Shown here piece after piece: positions 1-14,700 of a DNA stretch of 37,565 bases. A program made the translations under genes and the position numbers. Position 1 is the first letter of the stretch. The number at the start of each line of letters is the position of its first letter. The notes beneath the pieces were generated by a model. The model did not search any database, was not told where the DNA came from, and saw only the letters and a list, made by a program, of their open reading frames with translations. The stretch lies in NCBI GenBank assembly GCA_001642005.1, contig LWCA01000237.1, positions 1-37,565 of the forward strand, given 5' to 3'. This stretch comes from Intoshia linei. Lineage: Eukaryota; Animalia; Orthonectida.

Positions 1-3000
1 ACCTGATTATTTCAAAAAGTTGAGCGATTCATACCACAAGAGTTACATCATTTTATTCACCCTGAAATTATCTATAATACTATTATAATTTTATCCAGAT
101 CAAAAAAAAGTCAATTGTGTCGGACAGTGTTATATAAGTAAGGATAAATGGCTAACTATAGTGTCTCAATGATGGCACATGTTATGTTATACTAAAAAAT
201 TCCAATTTGTAATGAGAACCAGGAAAAAACTATTATCACCCATATTTCCAGGACGACTTTCTCAAATTTAATTTTTTAAAATCATTAATAATAATGGTAA
301 GGAAATTTAGGAGACAATTTCAAATTGTTGAAGATTTTGTCAATATATTTTAAAATATAGATAAAACTGTAAAATTTTTAGAATCATAGAAATTGCATCA
401 GTACATTGATAAAATCAGTGATATTCGTCAAAATATAACCTTCATTTCAGTCTTAGGATGTCATATTTTGAATTAAATTGTTATTTACAATGTTAAGACA
501 ACACTAAAACTGATAATACAGTGGGAAATACTTTATAATCATTTATATTTTATTATGTACGTGTTTTTAAGATGATAATTTTTCAGTGTTGAACAATGTT
601 ATTGAAAACTATATTTTTTTTTTCAACCTAGTTATAATTTTAATAATAACCATTAATAATGCAATTAATATACATGAATATTAATGTAATAATTAATTAT
701 TAAACATTGTAGATCATTTGCTTTCTTTAGTTTTTTTATAACACCAGCTACATAATTTGAAAAAATACCATACTGTTTACTAGTATTGATTCATATTATA
801 CAAAAAATTTTCAAGTTTCAAAAATATTTCTGAAAATTTTAAATTTTAATCTTAATTTGAATGACCCAAATGCGAATGGCCAATGTATTAATCAAAAATT
901 TATCGAATTTTTCATTTTTTCTGATCGTTTTAAATCTAATTTTGTGGTGTTTAATTATATCGATTACTGTAGTTTGTTTTCATAAGGATCTACTTATAAA
1001 AATGTAAATTATTATTTTAGATGAAAATTAAGTTAACATAATACACCCTCAAGTCAGATTGAGGCACCATTTTTTGAAAAGTGCTCCAAAAACAGGGGTG
1101 TTAGTAAGTTATCTAATTTTTCATTTAATATTTAAACTATTGCAATATATTATGATATTATATTTGTTTCTATTAGAGTCCAACACGGTTTAGGGTGATA
1201 TTTTCAGGTAAATATTTGAAAAACAAAATTTAATAAAAATCTCAAATCAAAGTTATGAATATTTTTTTAATTGTATACTTAATTTTTAGAATTATAGTTA
1301 CTTTCTAATCTAAAATAGTAATTAAGTTAAAGATATTAAAATATAGGCATGAATGAAAAATTAATGAATAATGATAAATACATATGAAAATGTATGTAAA
1401 ATATTTAAATAAATATAATTTTAATTTAATGTCATCACTATAGGAATTATACTTATATATTTTATACTTACAACATTTTTGCCCCAAAAGCGGGGGTAAT
1501 TTCACATATATTGCTATGACATCGATGTAAATAAAATAAAATTAACATAATTCTGAAAAAGTGCCCCAAAAACCAAGTATGCCCCATACCGAGGTTTGCT
1601 CCAAAGCGGCGTCGGACTGTACAACAAATAGTTTGTTAGAACAATTTTGAGGATATGGTTAGTAAAAAATTTGTGGCTTTTTTCCAATTTTCTTGGACTA
1701 GCCTGCGCTACATAAAATGGATTCATCATTAGCTGTGAATTAAATTACGTTTTAAATTTAATTTTAACTGATGCTATTTGACATTACATGTGATAAAATG
1801 TTATTTTGCACTCGATGTTACCATTCAGTAATAAATTAAATCGAAATAATGGAAACTGAATAAATAGAATTTTAAGTGCAATAATGGCTATCTATGCGGA
1901 GTGGCAAGAATTAAAAAATTGAGATATTTTTAGTAAATTTCAGACAATTACAAAGCTTTGTTTTATTATTTTATACAAAAGATCACCACCGGCAAATCGG
2001 AGAACCATGAAATATGTCTAATTTATTTTTACACTATTATGTATAAAACGAAATAATTTATTGGGTTATTGAATAATTTCACATACAATTTCGATTTCAG
2101 TGTCTCGGTACACCATCATAGTTATACCTTGTGTGAGTTAAGAGATGCTGTAACTGTTTAAAGAACAATGCATGTCTGAATGAACTAAATTAAGCTTGTT
2201 GTATTGAGACTGATGAATATAAAGTTAGACAAAAGTTTTACATTTGATACCGCAATTTAGCTTAATTTCAAATTTAAAACTGCTAATTTTGTATCGTAAT
2301 GAATAAAATTTAGACAAAAGAATTAACTTTGAGACAATTTCGTCTCTATATTTACATTTATACTCCATCTCTTAATTTTATAATTATTATTAATACACGT
2401 GTTTAGTTTTGTTTATTTTACAGTTTTTACTTGTAATCCTCCATCAAAAAGGTATTTTAAAATAATTTAGTTCATATCTCCATACATTGTAGATTTGTCG
2501 ATTTTTCCAATTGCCTAATTCTTAATTAAATTTAAAACATGGTATTCGGGAAAATCGATATTTTATTAATTTTTCGTCTAGTATTTTGCAAATTAAAATT
2601 GTTTTAAAGCGACAAAGCTTAGATATAGTTTTACTAGAAACGAAAAATTTTTATCAACCTCTAGTATCGATTGAGATTGGTTTAATAAAGATGTTTAATT
2701 ATTAACGAGAATATATTTTTACAGTTAGCGTCTTTTAATTAGGATAATTACATATTTAAGCTAGAATTTATTGTATTTTATAAAATTTTTAATGCTATAT
2801 ATTTTGGCTTTAATATGCAAGGGCTCTGACGTAAGTTTATTCGTTTAATAATTGGTGCGTTACCAAATTGTTATCCAACGACTGATTTGTGAAACAAAAT
2901 TTTTTGTTTATTCATCATTTGAGGCCACTATTTGCCACTACATTTTGAAAAGTTATGTTTAATGTATCAGGTCTGAATAAATTAGTTTACTAAATACATA

Positions 3001-3747
3001 TTAATTTGTATTTTAATTTATTTTATTAATCAATTGCAACAACTGTATTTTATTGTCAATTTCAAGTAGGGTAATTTTTTTATAATTTTACATTAACGGA
3101 AGTTTCCTTTTGCAGATTGAATTGCAGATATTAATTGAAACCGGGTCGTATGTTCCATTTTAAACAACTTTGGGGAATTTATTTTTTCGTATTTCATTTT
3201 TTTAAATCTTATTTATAGTTTTTTATAGTATTTTTATATTTTTATAGTATATAGAGTTTTTTATGTCTGATGCAATTGATAACTGTTTGTCTCAGTTTTT
3301 GTTGGACCTCAGTATCATTTTTGCAAATTTTGATACTACTACTAAACTTTTAATATTTTATTTACTTAATGCACTCATACTTTATCAAATATAGTTTTTA
3401 TTAAATTGAATACGAATATTTACTTATTTCGATGGTTTTCAAATAAGGTTTTGAAATGATTTATTAATGTATTATATTTTTATTATTCATTGATTGTTGC
3501 ATATCTTTAGTTTTTAACATATTTATATCAAATATCTGATGAACGTGTAAGGAATAAATGTTCCTAATTTGTTTAAATTTTGTTTGAACATTCGTTTGAC
3601 CCTTGCATTTTTTGTTTCATATTTATTGTTTATACTTTATATAAGTAAGGGTTAACGTACAATTTTTAATCGACGTCTCTTTTATTTTGTTATACATTTC
3701 AGAAAATACATATTACATTTATATTAATTTGTCAAGGACATCTAAAA

Positions 3748-4381
3748 CAGTGTTTCTTAAACCATTTTTTTACTGCATTACCATATTATATTACTTATTT
3801 TGATATTAACCGCAATATTTTTTTAACTCCATATTGGATGGTCAGGTATTTAGAATAAGAGCCATATAAATGTTTTAATAGTTTAATTGAAATTTTCAAA
3901 ATAGCAAAATAAAATCATTTTTTAATTTTTTAGGGCTCATTTTAATTTAAAAAAAGAATAAATTGGGTTTTTGACTCTGAATGTCTCAATGTATGAAAAT
4001 TTAACTTGCACAAAAACAGCACTCTCGCAAAACTATTATAGAAAATTCATTTTTTTAATTTTGGAACTGTTAATTTTTAATTAAAGGGCAACACACATTC
4101 AATTTTATACATGACTAAACGATACACACTGAGGCTGTTAAAAACCATTTTTTTCTATACTAAAATTTTATAAATCAATTTTAATTTATTACATTACTGC
4201 ACTTTATTAGTATTTAACATTATTATATCATTTAGGAAAAATTATAAATTATATGTTGCTATACATGCGACGCAAAAAAGATAAAAATCTACCCATTTTT
4301 TTAGAACTAATTTCGCGATTACACATGAAAAATATCAAATTACCCACTCGTGGGTAAATACCACCAAGTTGGGAATCACTG
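3748..4381. mobile_element. hAT (Charlie/Buster-type) non-autonomous element
   Basis: Left end CAGTGTTTCTTAAAC at 3748; right end GTTGGGAATCACTG ending 4381 (revcomp CAGTGATTCCCAAC). Flanking 8-mers ATCTAAAA and CTGTAAAA match 6/8 with central TA, typical of Buster/Charlie target sites. No ORF. Confidence 0.6.
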
Positions 4382-4447
4382 CTGTAAAATATAAATTTCT
4401 CTTAACATAGGGATTCTTTTTGTCTTTATTTTATTGACTGCTATTAT

Positions 4448-4754
4448 TAGGGTTGCCAACTGCGTTATTTTCCTCCTGAGACTTGGGGTTTTCAAATTCA
4501 ACTCAGAGCTCAGAGTTAAGTGATATTTCTGAGGGTAATTTAATTATTTCAATCAAAATCATCAGATCAGACATATTTTATTTATATTGGATAAATAAGC
4601 GACTGTATTTGATGTATAAGATGTAAACTGTTAGTATTTTTTGAAAAAGAGACCCAAAGTAAAATAGGGACCCCAAAAAATTTTTTTAAATAACAAAAAA
4701 ATAACACGCTTCGCTCAAAAATTCGGGTTGAGAATAACTTTGTAGATAACCCTA
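4448..4754. mobile_element. hAT MITE (307 bp)
   Basis: Termini TAGGGTTGCCA ... AGATAACCCTA; perfect 8-bp TSD GCTATTAT at 4440-4447 and 4755-4762. Confidence 0.85.
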
Positions 4755-6174
4755 GCTATTATGCTCTATTTTTTTCACGGAAGGTTAATAGATTTTTTTT
4801 AAAATATCTGAAATATCATTTTTCTAAAACCTGTACATAAGTATCATTACGGTTCGTCGTTTTAAGTGAAATGTGCAGTTTCAAAATCAGTTTAACAACG
4901 GAATAAAGTTTGATTCTTTCTTTTTTCCAAATTTCTAACTACACCTTCTAACCTGTAGTTTATATTTAACATTTACTTTTAATTAAACAACTGCAATTTA
5001 TATTTTGGTATTTTATTTGGGAATACACATATTTTTAAAATTTAAATTCCTTAAAAAGTACATACTCAACAAATATATTAATTATTTCCAATATTAGAAT
5101 ATGGTGCCATCACACGTTAATTTTAAACCAATTATTTTTTAATTGGAATTTAAACTAATTTAACTTTGGCTGTATTAATGTAGAAGCTTGCATGTAACAT
5201 AGTTTACATGTATAAAACAAAAGTGGTGCCATGTTGTTTATATCCGAATGATATAATGTTAATAGTAATTTGTCGCATAGTCTTTGTATTGACATTTTAA
5301 AACCCTTATAAAAAAGATACTTTTTATACTTTTAACATTTTTGCATGGGTATATATCTCCAATTAATAGGTATCCATCGCTATTTCTTCATATTTTGTAT
5401 AAAGATTGAATATTGATTTTGATATTTTGAAAACTTTACATTTAATTATTTTTAAATTTGAAAATTTAACATTTAGATGCTAATCAGTTATAATATTGAT
5501 TTTAGAAAATTATATTTTATATTAGAAAATGTTTAATGATAAAAGTAAATTGATGTGTACTAAACTTCTGCAGCACAACCCCATGATAGAATTTTAAAAT
5601 TTTCATCAATGACAGCGTTTAACTAGATTTAATATGTACCCAAACATACCTTGTCAATACGACTAGAACACTAACTTAGAACTGTGTTTCAGTAGTCTAG
5701 TATGTACGAGTAGTTCTTAAACTGTTCCTGCACTACGAATCTTTTTGGGAATGTGAAGGCCTGGAAATTAAGATGTTTTTTATGTCAAAATATTTATCGA
5801 GTATTAAATACATTCAAATTTTTGCTATCAATAACATTAATATGATTTCTCATTATATTGTAATTTACATAAATTTAAGGTAAGATCAGTGATCATTCGT
5901 TTAAATTTAAAACTTGTGATTTTGTATAAATTTTCGAGGAATTTAATGAAACGTTAACTTTGTGTTGTCACTTCTAATGAATTAAGCGCTTGTTATTAAC
6001 TAAATATTATATTTATTTTGTAATTACTGTTTAAAAGTGCATAGCTTGAAAAAAATTATGGAGTTTGTTTAATCTGATATGAAAATATTACGTTAAACTC
6101 AATATATGATATATAAATATCTATCATTAAATATTAAACATTGCTGATTATATTGGTTTTTTGGTCGGTTTAAA

Positions 6175-6211
6175 AAGGGTGCGATATTCACAAATGTTTG
6201 AGAATCACTAG
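6175..6211. mobile_element. isolated hAT/Charlie-like terminus
   Basis: AAGGGTGCGATATTCACAAATGTTTGAGAATCACTAG resembles the right end at 4381. No partner end found. Confidence 0.35.
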
Positions 6212-7131
6212 TTTAAGAGCATAATGAGTTTTAATGTATTAAGTTAGATATACATTTGTATGTTTACAAATTAGGATATTTTTATTGAAATATGTTTGTA
6301 TTTAATAAAATATTGACAGCTTTAGGTTAATGCTTTAAAATTTAAGTTTTAAGACGTATTTAAATTGAGATATCGATTTTTAGATTTAGTTTTATAATTA
6401 CGATACTAGACAAATTAAATTACAATCTAAAAATTATTTTAATTTGAACCATTGTAAACTATGAATGTTTTACTGCAATTATAGGTTGCTGGTCATATTT
6501 TTCTAAGTAATTCTGTTGTACAAACACTCGTTTAATTATTACAATATCAAAATTATTTTATTTCATGTAAAGTTTACATTGTTAACAGTATTATTAAAAA
6601 TTAAGTATTTGTAGCTGTGACTATATAAAATTGTTCAATCCTTTTTTGTTTGATAATAAATTACTATTTAGTGAAATAACTGATTGGTTTAGCTTGCAGG
6701 TTATAAACGAATTTTTGATAAATTTCAAACATTCAGTTATTCAAACGCTTTTGATTTGCTAGTGACGTATTGTGTATGTCTAGTTTTTATGGAATTCCGC
6801 ATTAAATAGTACGAAATTAATGCAAAAAAACCAGAAAGTAATAAAACCATGTATTTATATGTAAATAAAATTTACTTTAATAGAAACCTATTAATTGAAA
6901 TTAATAACAGCGGGGTTTTTGTTAAGTTTTTTGAATATATTATTTCAACAAATTTCAACAGGGGTCGCCAAGCATTTTCATCGTGTAGTTAATTTTCACA
7001 ATATTAACATCATTACACCTAGAAAAATAATTATTTATAATTTTTAATAATAATAATATATTTCGATTAATATCAACCGCAATAATCTTTAACGGATATC
7101 AGGGTTACATATTAACCAGCTAGATGACCTC

Positions 7132-7262
7132 TGTATTACATGGATATTTAAGTTTTACATAGCCACTAGTAAACGACAAGTCGATTAGTGATTAGCTTAG
7201 AAGAGTGTTTTGTTAGAAATATTAATATGGAACATGAAAAACTTAAATATCCATGTAATACA
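7132..7262. repeat. 131-bp foldback / MITE with 29-bp inverted arms
   Basis: TGTATTACATGGATATTTAAGTTTTACAT (7132-7160) pairs with ATGAAAAACTTAAATATCCATGTAATACA (7234-7262), 28/29 match. Confidence 0.8.
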
Positions 7263-8771
7263 TGTATACTTTTAACATTCAACTTCATTTATTAAATACT
7301 AAACAGATTTATTTAATTATGGTATCTTGAAGATAACATCTTTAAATGAATGCAATGTTTGTTCACTAATTGGCTCTCCAATACTGAAAGGACTTGGTTG
7401 TGCCTTGTATACTTACATTTAACATGTTTAAATAACTATTATTGCCGATTAAGAACGTTTTATTACATACACTCTATTTATATTAAATTTTTGAACCAGT
7501 TTCTCTTGCACGACCACTAATTTTTTCCTTTCGTTTGGAAGATAATTAGCTATACACTTTGAATCTTTATTTAATTAAGTTACGATGCGTTTAAGAGTGA
7601 GGTATTCCAAAAATTAGATGGTCTATTGATTCGTTCTGATTTATAGTTAATTTATAATGTGACTTTCCAGTGTTGGAAAATAATTTAAAATTTCAGTTAT
7701 AATAAAACTTGGTGTATTTAAAAAATTTATCAATATCTTTAAATCAGATTTTAATCTTTTTGTGATTATCCATTATTATTTTTTATTTTTAACTAAGTGA
7801 TTGAATAAAATTGATTCCTTCAAAATAATTGAAACATTTTTCTTAATTTATGTACCTATAATATTCAATATATATTTTCAATGTCAGTCAGTATATAAGT
7901 TTATATCATTTATTTACATATTGTTACTTTTCAAAAACTTGATTGGGAATAGTTTCTATAATTTAAGGTAAATTTTCATTATGAGTGTCAAATTAAAATA
8001 TGATTATTTGTAATTAATATTATTTTTATTTCATTATTACATTTTTAACTGTAAATATTTAAGTGCATGCATTTTGTTTATTTTTACAATAATGTTATTT
8101 ATCTTGAAATTTTTAATTTATTTTAATTTTGTATATATTTTTGTATTTATACGATGATTTTTCAAACAATGAATACTATATAAAGATTCTAACCAGTGAT
8201 TCAAGTTTATTTAAAATATCAATATATAGTTCTTTAATTGCGTTTTTTTAAAAAAATATACCATTGTATAATTAAAAAAATTAACAATTTGTGTGCAAAC
8301 ATGTATCATTTTCAAAAATTAACTAATATTTTAACTAATAATTTTGAAATTTTCTAGAATAAATGTAATTCTATATTAGAAAGTAATAATTAGTGATTTA
8401 TCAAATTGCAACCTATATTTTATACTTAACGATTGACAGTTAATTCAACAGTTTACCAAGTTCTTAACTATTTTAATTGGGGTAAGATTAATATCCTAGT
8501 ATATTTACTTTTAATGGTACTATTTGAAGACACCTTAAAAAAAATTTATTTATGTGGACGTGGTTTTTAGTCATTTAGTTGAAAAACAACGTAGAGTGTG
8601 CAAACCGATGTCATTGAGATTTTTATATTCTACTAAAAAGTATTTTTATTGATTGTTTTTTATGTTTTTAAAATTAATTGATATTTCTACTATAATTATA
8701 TTAAAATTTAAGAGACCCTAATTATGACATTTAGTACTTGAACAATCTCAAATATTGGATATTTAAATCAA

Positions 8772-11700
8772 ATGGAAAAAATGAACTCAGAGATGCCATC
8801 CAATTATGAAAAATGTACAGATTTGAAAATTAAAAAAATAAATTTACAATTGGATGTCAAGCAAGAGAATATGCAACATTTAAATTCAAATGGAAAATCC
8901 CAAAAATGCAATCCTACCGATCAATCCATTAATTTTTTTCCAAATTTTTCAGTTTCCAGTAAACCCAGCATGTACAATTTAACTCCTTTTTGCATGGAAA
9001 GTTTAAATAACAAGCAATGCCAAAATTTTAACGACGAAAAACAAAATAAGAATAATCACTCTCTTTCTACAATTATGGGTACTGTTAATTCTGATTTTGA
9101 AACAAAATTACCACATTATATACCATTTCGTTTAACTGATTCAGACAATCATACGTGTCCGAATTTGGAAAAAACTGATTTAAATCTAACAATGGAAAAA
9201 TCTAACGTGAACGGGGTTTTTAAAAATTCAAGTGATTCGATAAAATACGAAAATTGTGTGGAAAACAAAGAACCTAAAATCGATATATCATTGAACCCCA
9301 GTATTATGTCAAAATTAAACACTCGAAATACTTCTAAAAAACTAAAGTGTCCTAAATGTAACTGGTACTACAAATATCAAGACGCCTTGGAGTATCACAT
9401 GAAAGATAAGCACGCAGACTCTGAAAAAAAATGTCATTATTGCATTACCAACACTGTTCATCCTCGTTTGTCGCGTGGAGGAACATACTTGTGTGGATAT
9501 AAACCATATCATTGCGAAATTTGTAATTATTCTACCACGACAAAAGGAAATTTAAACATTCACAACCAATCAGATAAACATTATTACACCCTTAAAGAAC
9601 TGAAAAAATCACAAGAAATCGATAAAACCGTTCAACAAAATGAAATCACAATGACAAATTCGAATGTTAGAGATGGGGAAAGTAGGGATGTCAATGATTA
9701 TGTTAGTTTTTACAACAAATCTGAAAACCGATGGGAATGCAAATTATGTACATTTACCTGTTTGAATTTTCAAGATTTTAGATTGCATATATTATCAAAA
9801 TATCAAAATGTAATGCATGGTGCCGCCAATATGGCTAAAGTAGAAATAGACGAAGTGTTGCCGAATGGAAATTCTGATCAATTTGAAATGTACTCTAAAA
9901 AACGAGAGTCTCTTCCTTATGACTCTTTAATTCGAAAACCTTTCAAAAATAAAAATCTGAAAGGTATAAATGGTTTGTTTCAAGAAAATTTTATCATTAC
10001 TCCGCCAAATTATATTTATCAATGTATGATGTGTGCAAAATTTACAACCAATTCAATTAAAGAAATAAATGACCATTTGCTTGCCTACCGATTCAACCCA
10101 AAATCCTTGGAAATGTCTACTACCGTTACGTTTTTAGATAAAAATTACATTTGCTTACTTTGTAACTACAAATCAACCTTAAAAGCTAATTTTCATTTAC
10201 ACTGCGATACGGATAAACACCAACATCGATGTAGTGTCACAAAACATATTATGGAAACCGGTCTAAACTTGACGGACGTTCTGGAAAATTGTAATTTAAC
10301 TCAAGTCATGTCTATACAGTGCATTCCTTGCAATATCGTATTTAGTACTCTGATAATTCTTAATAGCCACATTATGAGCGAAGCCCACCAGTCAACTGTA
10401 GCCATATATGCATACATGTCAAATTGTGAATCCATTTTTTACAATGTAGACTCATTTACCTTGCATTACTGTGAAATGATGGATTTTATAGAGAATAAAC
10501 CGTCAAATTTTAATTACCAATCCCTTTGTAATATTTTGTTGGACACGTCTCATAATATAGCAAAGTTGGCTTTCACGTGCAATGTTTGTCAGTTCAATAG
10601 CAAAGATAAAAAAAAGATTATTAACCATTTCACTGCGCCTCCCCATACTAAAAATTTCTTAAAATGTATAAATTATGAGTGTGATGAAAATACAAAAGAT
10701 TTTATAAGAAATCACAAATACGAAAGAGATAATTTAAGCAAACTAGTTAAACCTAGTGAATTTCTTTGCCCGTTTTGTTCTAAATTGTGCGATATCATCA
10801 ACATTGAAAAACATTTACATTTCGACCATCAAATTTCGGATTACGTTATTAAAAGTATTAAAAATTTATTAATCAATGGAAATGGTAATTCTAAGGAAAA
10901 ATCAAATTTTTTGATTGACACAAAATCTATTATCTCTAAAGAATTTAATAATACATCTTCAGACAATTCAAATTCATTGCAGCTTAAACACGGATCAAAC
11001 GGTTTTAATGTTTTGTTTAAAAACCACAATCAGGAAAACATTTATAATGATGTTTCTCAATTTTCATTTGAAAATCTCAATCTTTTGTATTATGAAATTT
11101 TTGACATTGCTAATGGCAATATTGAATATTGTTTAGGTATTTATTTTCAAATTATCCTTACTTATATAATATGTTATTATTATATTTTATTTATTTTAAT
11201 TTTAATTAAAATTTGGAAGATATATGCTAATTTTGCATCTAATGAATACAATTTGTAGTTATAGTCTAATTCCAGAAATATAAAATGATGAATTTTAGAA
11301 AACAAACAATGTTGATTATAATTATAGTACATACTAGATATAGATAATATAGATAAATATAGTCAATGTTTTTATTAATATCAAACATTAGAATCTAATT
11401 AATTTTCTGTTCAATTAGTTCAATAATACATTTTTATAATTTTTTATGCTACCTGCATTTGGGAACCGCTGCGTTAAAGGGGCCATGATTTCGCAAAGTT
11501 GGAAAAACTTGATTTATGTAATATTAAAAATATGATCTTACGGTGCACGAAAATATATCGTTTCCCATTGCTAGTGTAAATGTGAAAAATGGCTCTCTTT
11601 TAATTATAATTAAGTAATTAGCATAATAATAATTTAAATAATTATTTACTCCTTAAAATTTAAATTTGTTTTAATATTCGCCATAATGTAATATTTTAGA

Positions 11701-14700
11701 TGATAAAAAGAATAATTTGCAATTTGTAGAAATTTTGATTGATGAAAACAATGACACCCAAAATAATGGTACATGTGTATGTAGAATATGTGGATTGTCA
11801 TTCAAAAAAAAATTGAATTATTTTAAACACATAAAAATGCACCTTTCCATGAAGATGGAAATGATTAACAATGGCGAAGTTGAAAATGTAAAATTGAACA
11901 GAAACTCTGAAACCCCTGTAAAATCAGTATTTGATTATTTATTGTACTGTTATACTTTTAATATAATTTCTCAGAAACAGTTGAATGAATTTATTTTTAA
12001 ATTTTGTCTCTATTATTTTGACATTTTCAAGATTGAAAAATTTGAATTTGATACAAATAAAAATGAATCTGTAAATATACCCAACAGTATTAGTATTTCG
12101 CAAATTTTTAGTAGTTTTAAAAATTGCAATACATCTCTATATGATTTTAACCTTTTAAATTCTTTTAATTTTAATTTACCTAAATACCATGATGAATCTG
12201 ATCAAAATTTTAACGTTATCAAACAGTATTTTGATGAATTTTTGGAGAAAAAGGAGCTTGAGGAAAAGCAAGAAAAAAATAATTATCTTTTATCCACTTG
12301 TAAATATAAATGTCACAGATGTCTTGTCGGATTTTATAAACAGAGTGATATCGAAAATCACAATAAAACCATGAATCATTTAACGTTTTGGACAAAAAAA
12401 TGTCAAAACGTTGAGCAAATGGAAAATATTATGAAAAAATTAATTTGTCCTATTTGTAATGTACATTTGAAAGATTTTAAAATGATGAAAATAAAAAATT
12501 GTACGTTTTCTCATGTACTGCAATTACATTTATTATCAGAAGAACACAGTACCAAGACTAATAATCTGTCCAAAGAACATTTAAAATGTATTAAAAATAA
12601 TCTAACTTTGAAAACTGATTCTGAATTTAATATCCTAACCGAACTTGATGTATTGATACAATCTAATTCTTTCGTTTGTAAATTGTGTAAATATGAGTCT
12701 TATGCCAATTATGAAAATTTAAAGCAACATTACCAATCACATAAACACCTTTTGTCATTAATGAATTTGGTTTCTACAATCATACATTTTAAAGATGATA
12801 CTACATTGGACTCTACATTCGTTGATCTACTTTTAGTTGAAAATACCAAAGATGTAGATATAACTGAAGCTGCAAAACTGGTGAATCTTATATTTGGGTT
12901 GACTCCAAAATTTCTTGAAATGTACAAATCGGGTAGAGATGATGATTCTTGTATGTGCAGCATGTGTGGGTTGACCATGGATAAATATGATTTTGTAGAT
13001 CATATTAGTTCTGATGTTCATTTTAATTATTTGCTTAAATTCTATATACATGAAGAAATGAATTTTCTGTCTGTTATAGTTTTAATTATGTTTAAAAGTT
13101 TATATCGCGAAAAAATTGAAAAATGGCTAAATTTGACCGAAATTAATAATTTTGTGTGTAATTTGAAAAGAATTCAAGTTTCAAACGAGGCTAATGTAAA
13201 AAACCAATGCAAAAAAATGGCAGAATGTGAAACAAAAATGAAAAAAATTCAACTTGATGAATATTCTTTAATGTGCACTTTTTGCTTTTCTCAGTTTTAT
13301 ACACATAAAAAGTTGATTAATCATCTGTTATCTTGTCCTAATATGTCTAAAAACGATAATCTTAAAATAAATGCTGAAATCCCAGAACCAAAATATCAAG
13401 CTGAACCCAAAACGTCAATAAAAGATGATATATTATTCAACATTGGATTAGATTCTGTTCGATACACCCAAAATTGCGAATCCGAGCATGAATCCGACCA
13501 AATTATGTATGATGAGTCTTTACATACAACTTATTTTAAAGTTCTCGAGGTAAATCAAAATTTTGGGAAGAGGAAAGATTTTAGCAAGTTGGATGTAACA
13601 TACAATAAAACTAATGGGAATATAACAGAAAAAGAGTTTATATGGCAGTGCGAATTGTGTCAGAAAGTCTTTTTGGGTTTTGGTATTTTGAAATGTCATT
13701 TGATCAATTGTCACAAATTTGATAATTCCGTTAAAAGTATGAATACAATATTTAAACATGCTTTATTACACCGAATCAAAAAATGTAATTTAGAAAATGA
13801 TTTAAAAAACGAAAAAAAATCTACATGTGGTACAATGAATGCTCTGCGTAAAGTTCGTCGTATGGTGAAACACAAGGTAAACGATAACATTGATGGTAAT
13901 GCATTGGAAATGAAAAATACGAATTTAGATAATGAAACAAATTTATATTATAAAGATTCTATATCGAAAAATTTACTTGTAAACATGTTTGATAACGTTG
14001 TAAAATCTAGTGAAAATTTACTGTTTGGACAAAATAATGCTTTAAATTTAAGTATTTCAAAGAATGATAGAGTGAAACAAAATTATTCTTATGTCAATAA
14101 TTCCAATATTTTACCCGCTGTGATATCAAATATAGTTCCAAATTTCCTACCTAAAGATTTAAACTTGAACAATAGTATACTTCACAATGAATCCAATTTT
14201 ATACAGAAAAGGTGTAGGACAAGAATAAACGAGTATCAATTGTCCATTTTGAGACACAATTTTATGGTTTCAAATTCACCTTCAATTGAACAAATTGAAC
14301 GTATTGCTGCTAGAACGGAATTACCCATTAGGGTTGTAAAACATTGGTTTAGAAATACTCTTTTTAAAGAAAGACAAAGAAATAAAGAATCTCCGTACAA
14401 TTTTAGTAACCCGCCATCTACACACATCGATATTGCCCAATACGAGAAAACGGGCAAAATTGTGGAAGTTAAAAATAAGGCCGAAAGTGAAAACGAAATA
14501 TTTCAACAAAAGGCAATGAAACGCGTCGCTTATTCTGCAGACGACATGGACGTGAAACGTAAAAGAAGATGTTTAACTGAAGACAGGTCTCCATCAGAAC
14601 CAACTGATGACAGAAATAATAACTTAGAAAGTTGTAATTCAGCTTCGTCTGAAAGTATAATGCAATCACTAGATTTGTGGGACAGCAAAATTCGAAGAGC

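Noticed and set aside
1-480. Possible decayed transposase (DGT and GCH-like peptides)
   Set aside because: Fragments are too short and interrupted to support a call.
1305-1729. Two short minus-strand ORFs (66 and 71 aa)
   Set aside because: Low-complexity AT-driven translations with no motifs. The GC-richer part (about 1560-1620) looks like a MITE end.
4340-4357. Hairpin TTACCCAC-TC-GTGGGTAA
   Set aside because: Subterminal palindrome of the hAT element at 3748-4381, not a terminator.
11137-11258. Hydrophobic TM-like C-terminus of the 828-aa ORF
   Set aside because: Read-through into intron 1. The splice 11136 to 11700 keeps the frame with the next ORF.
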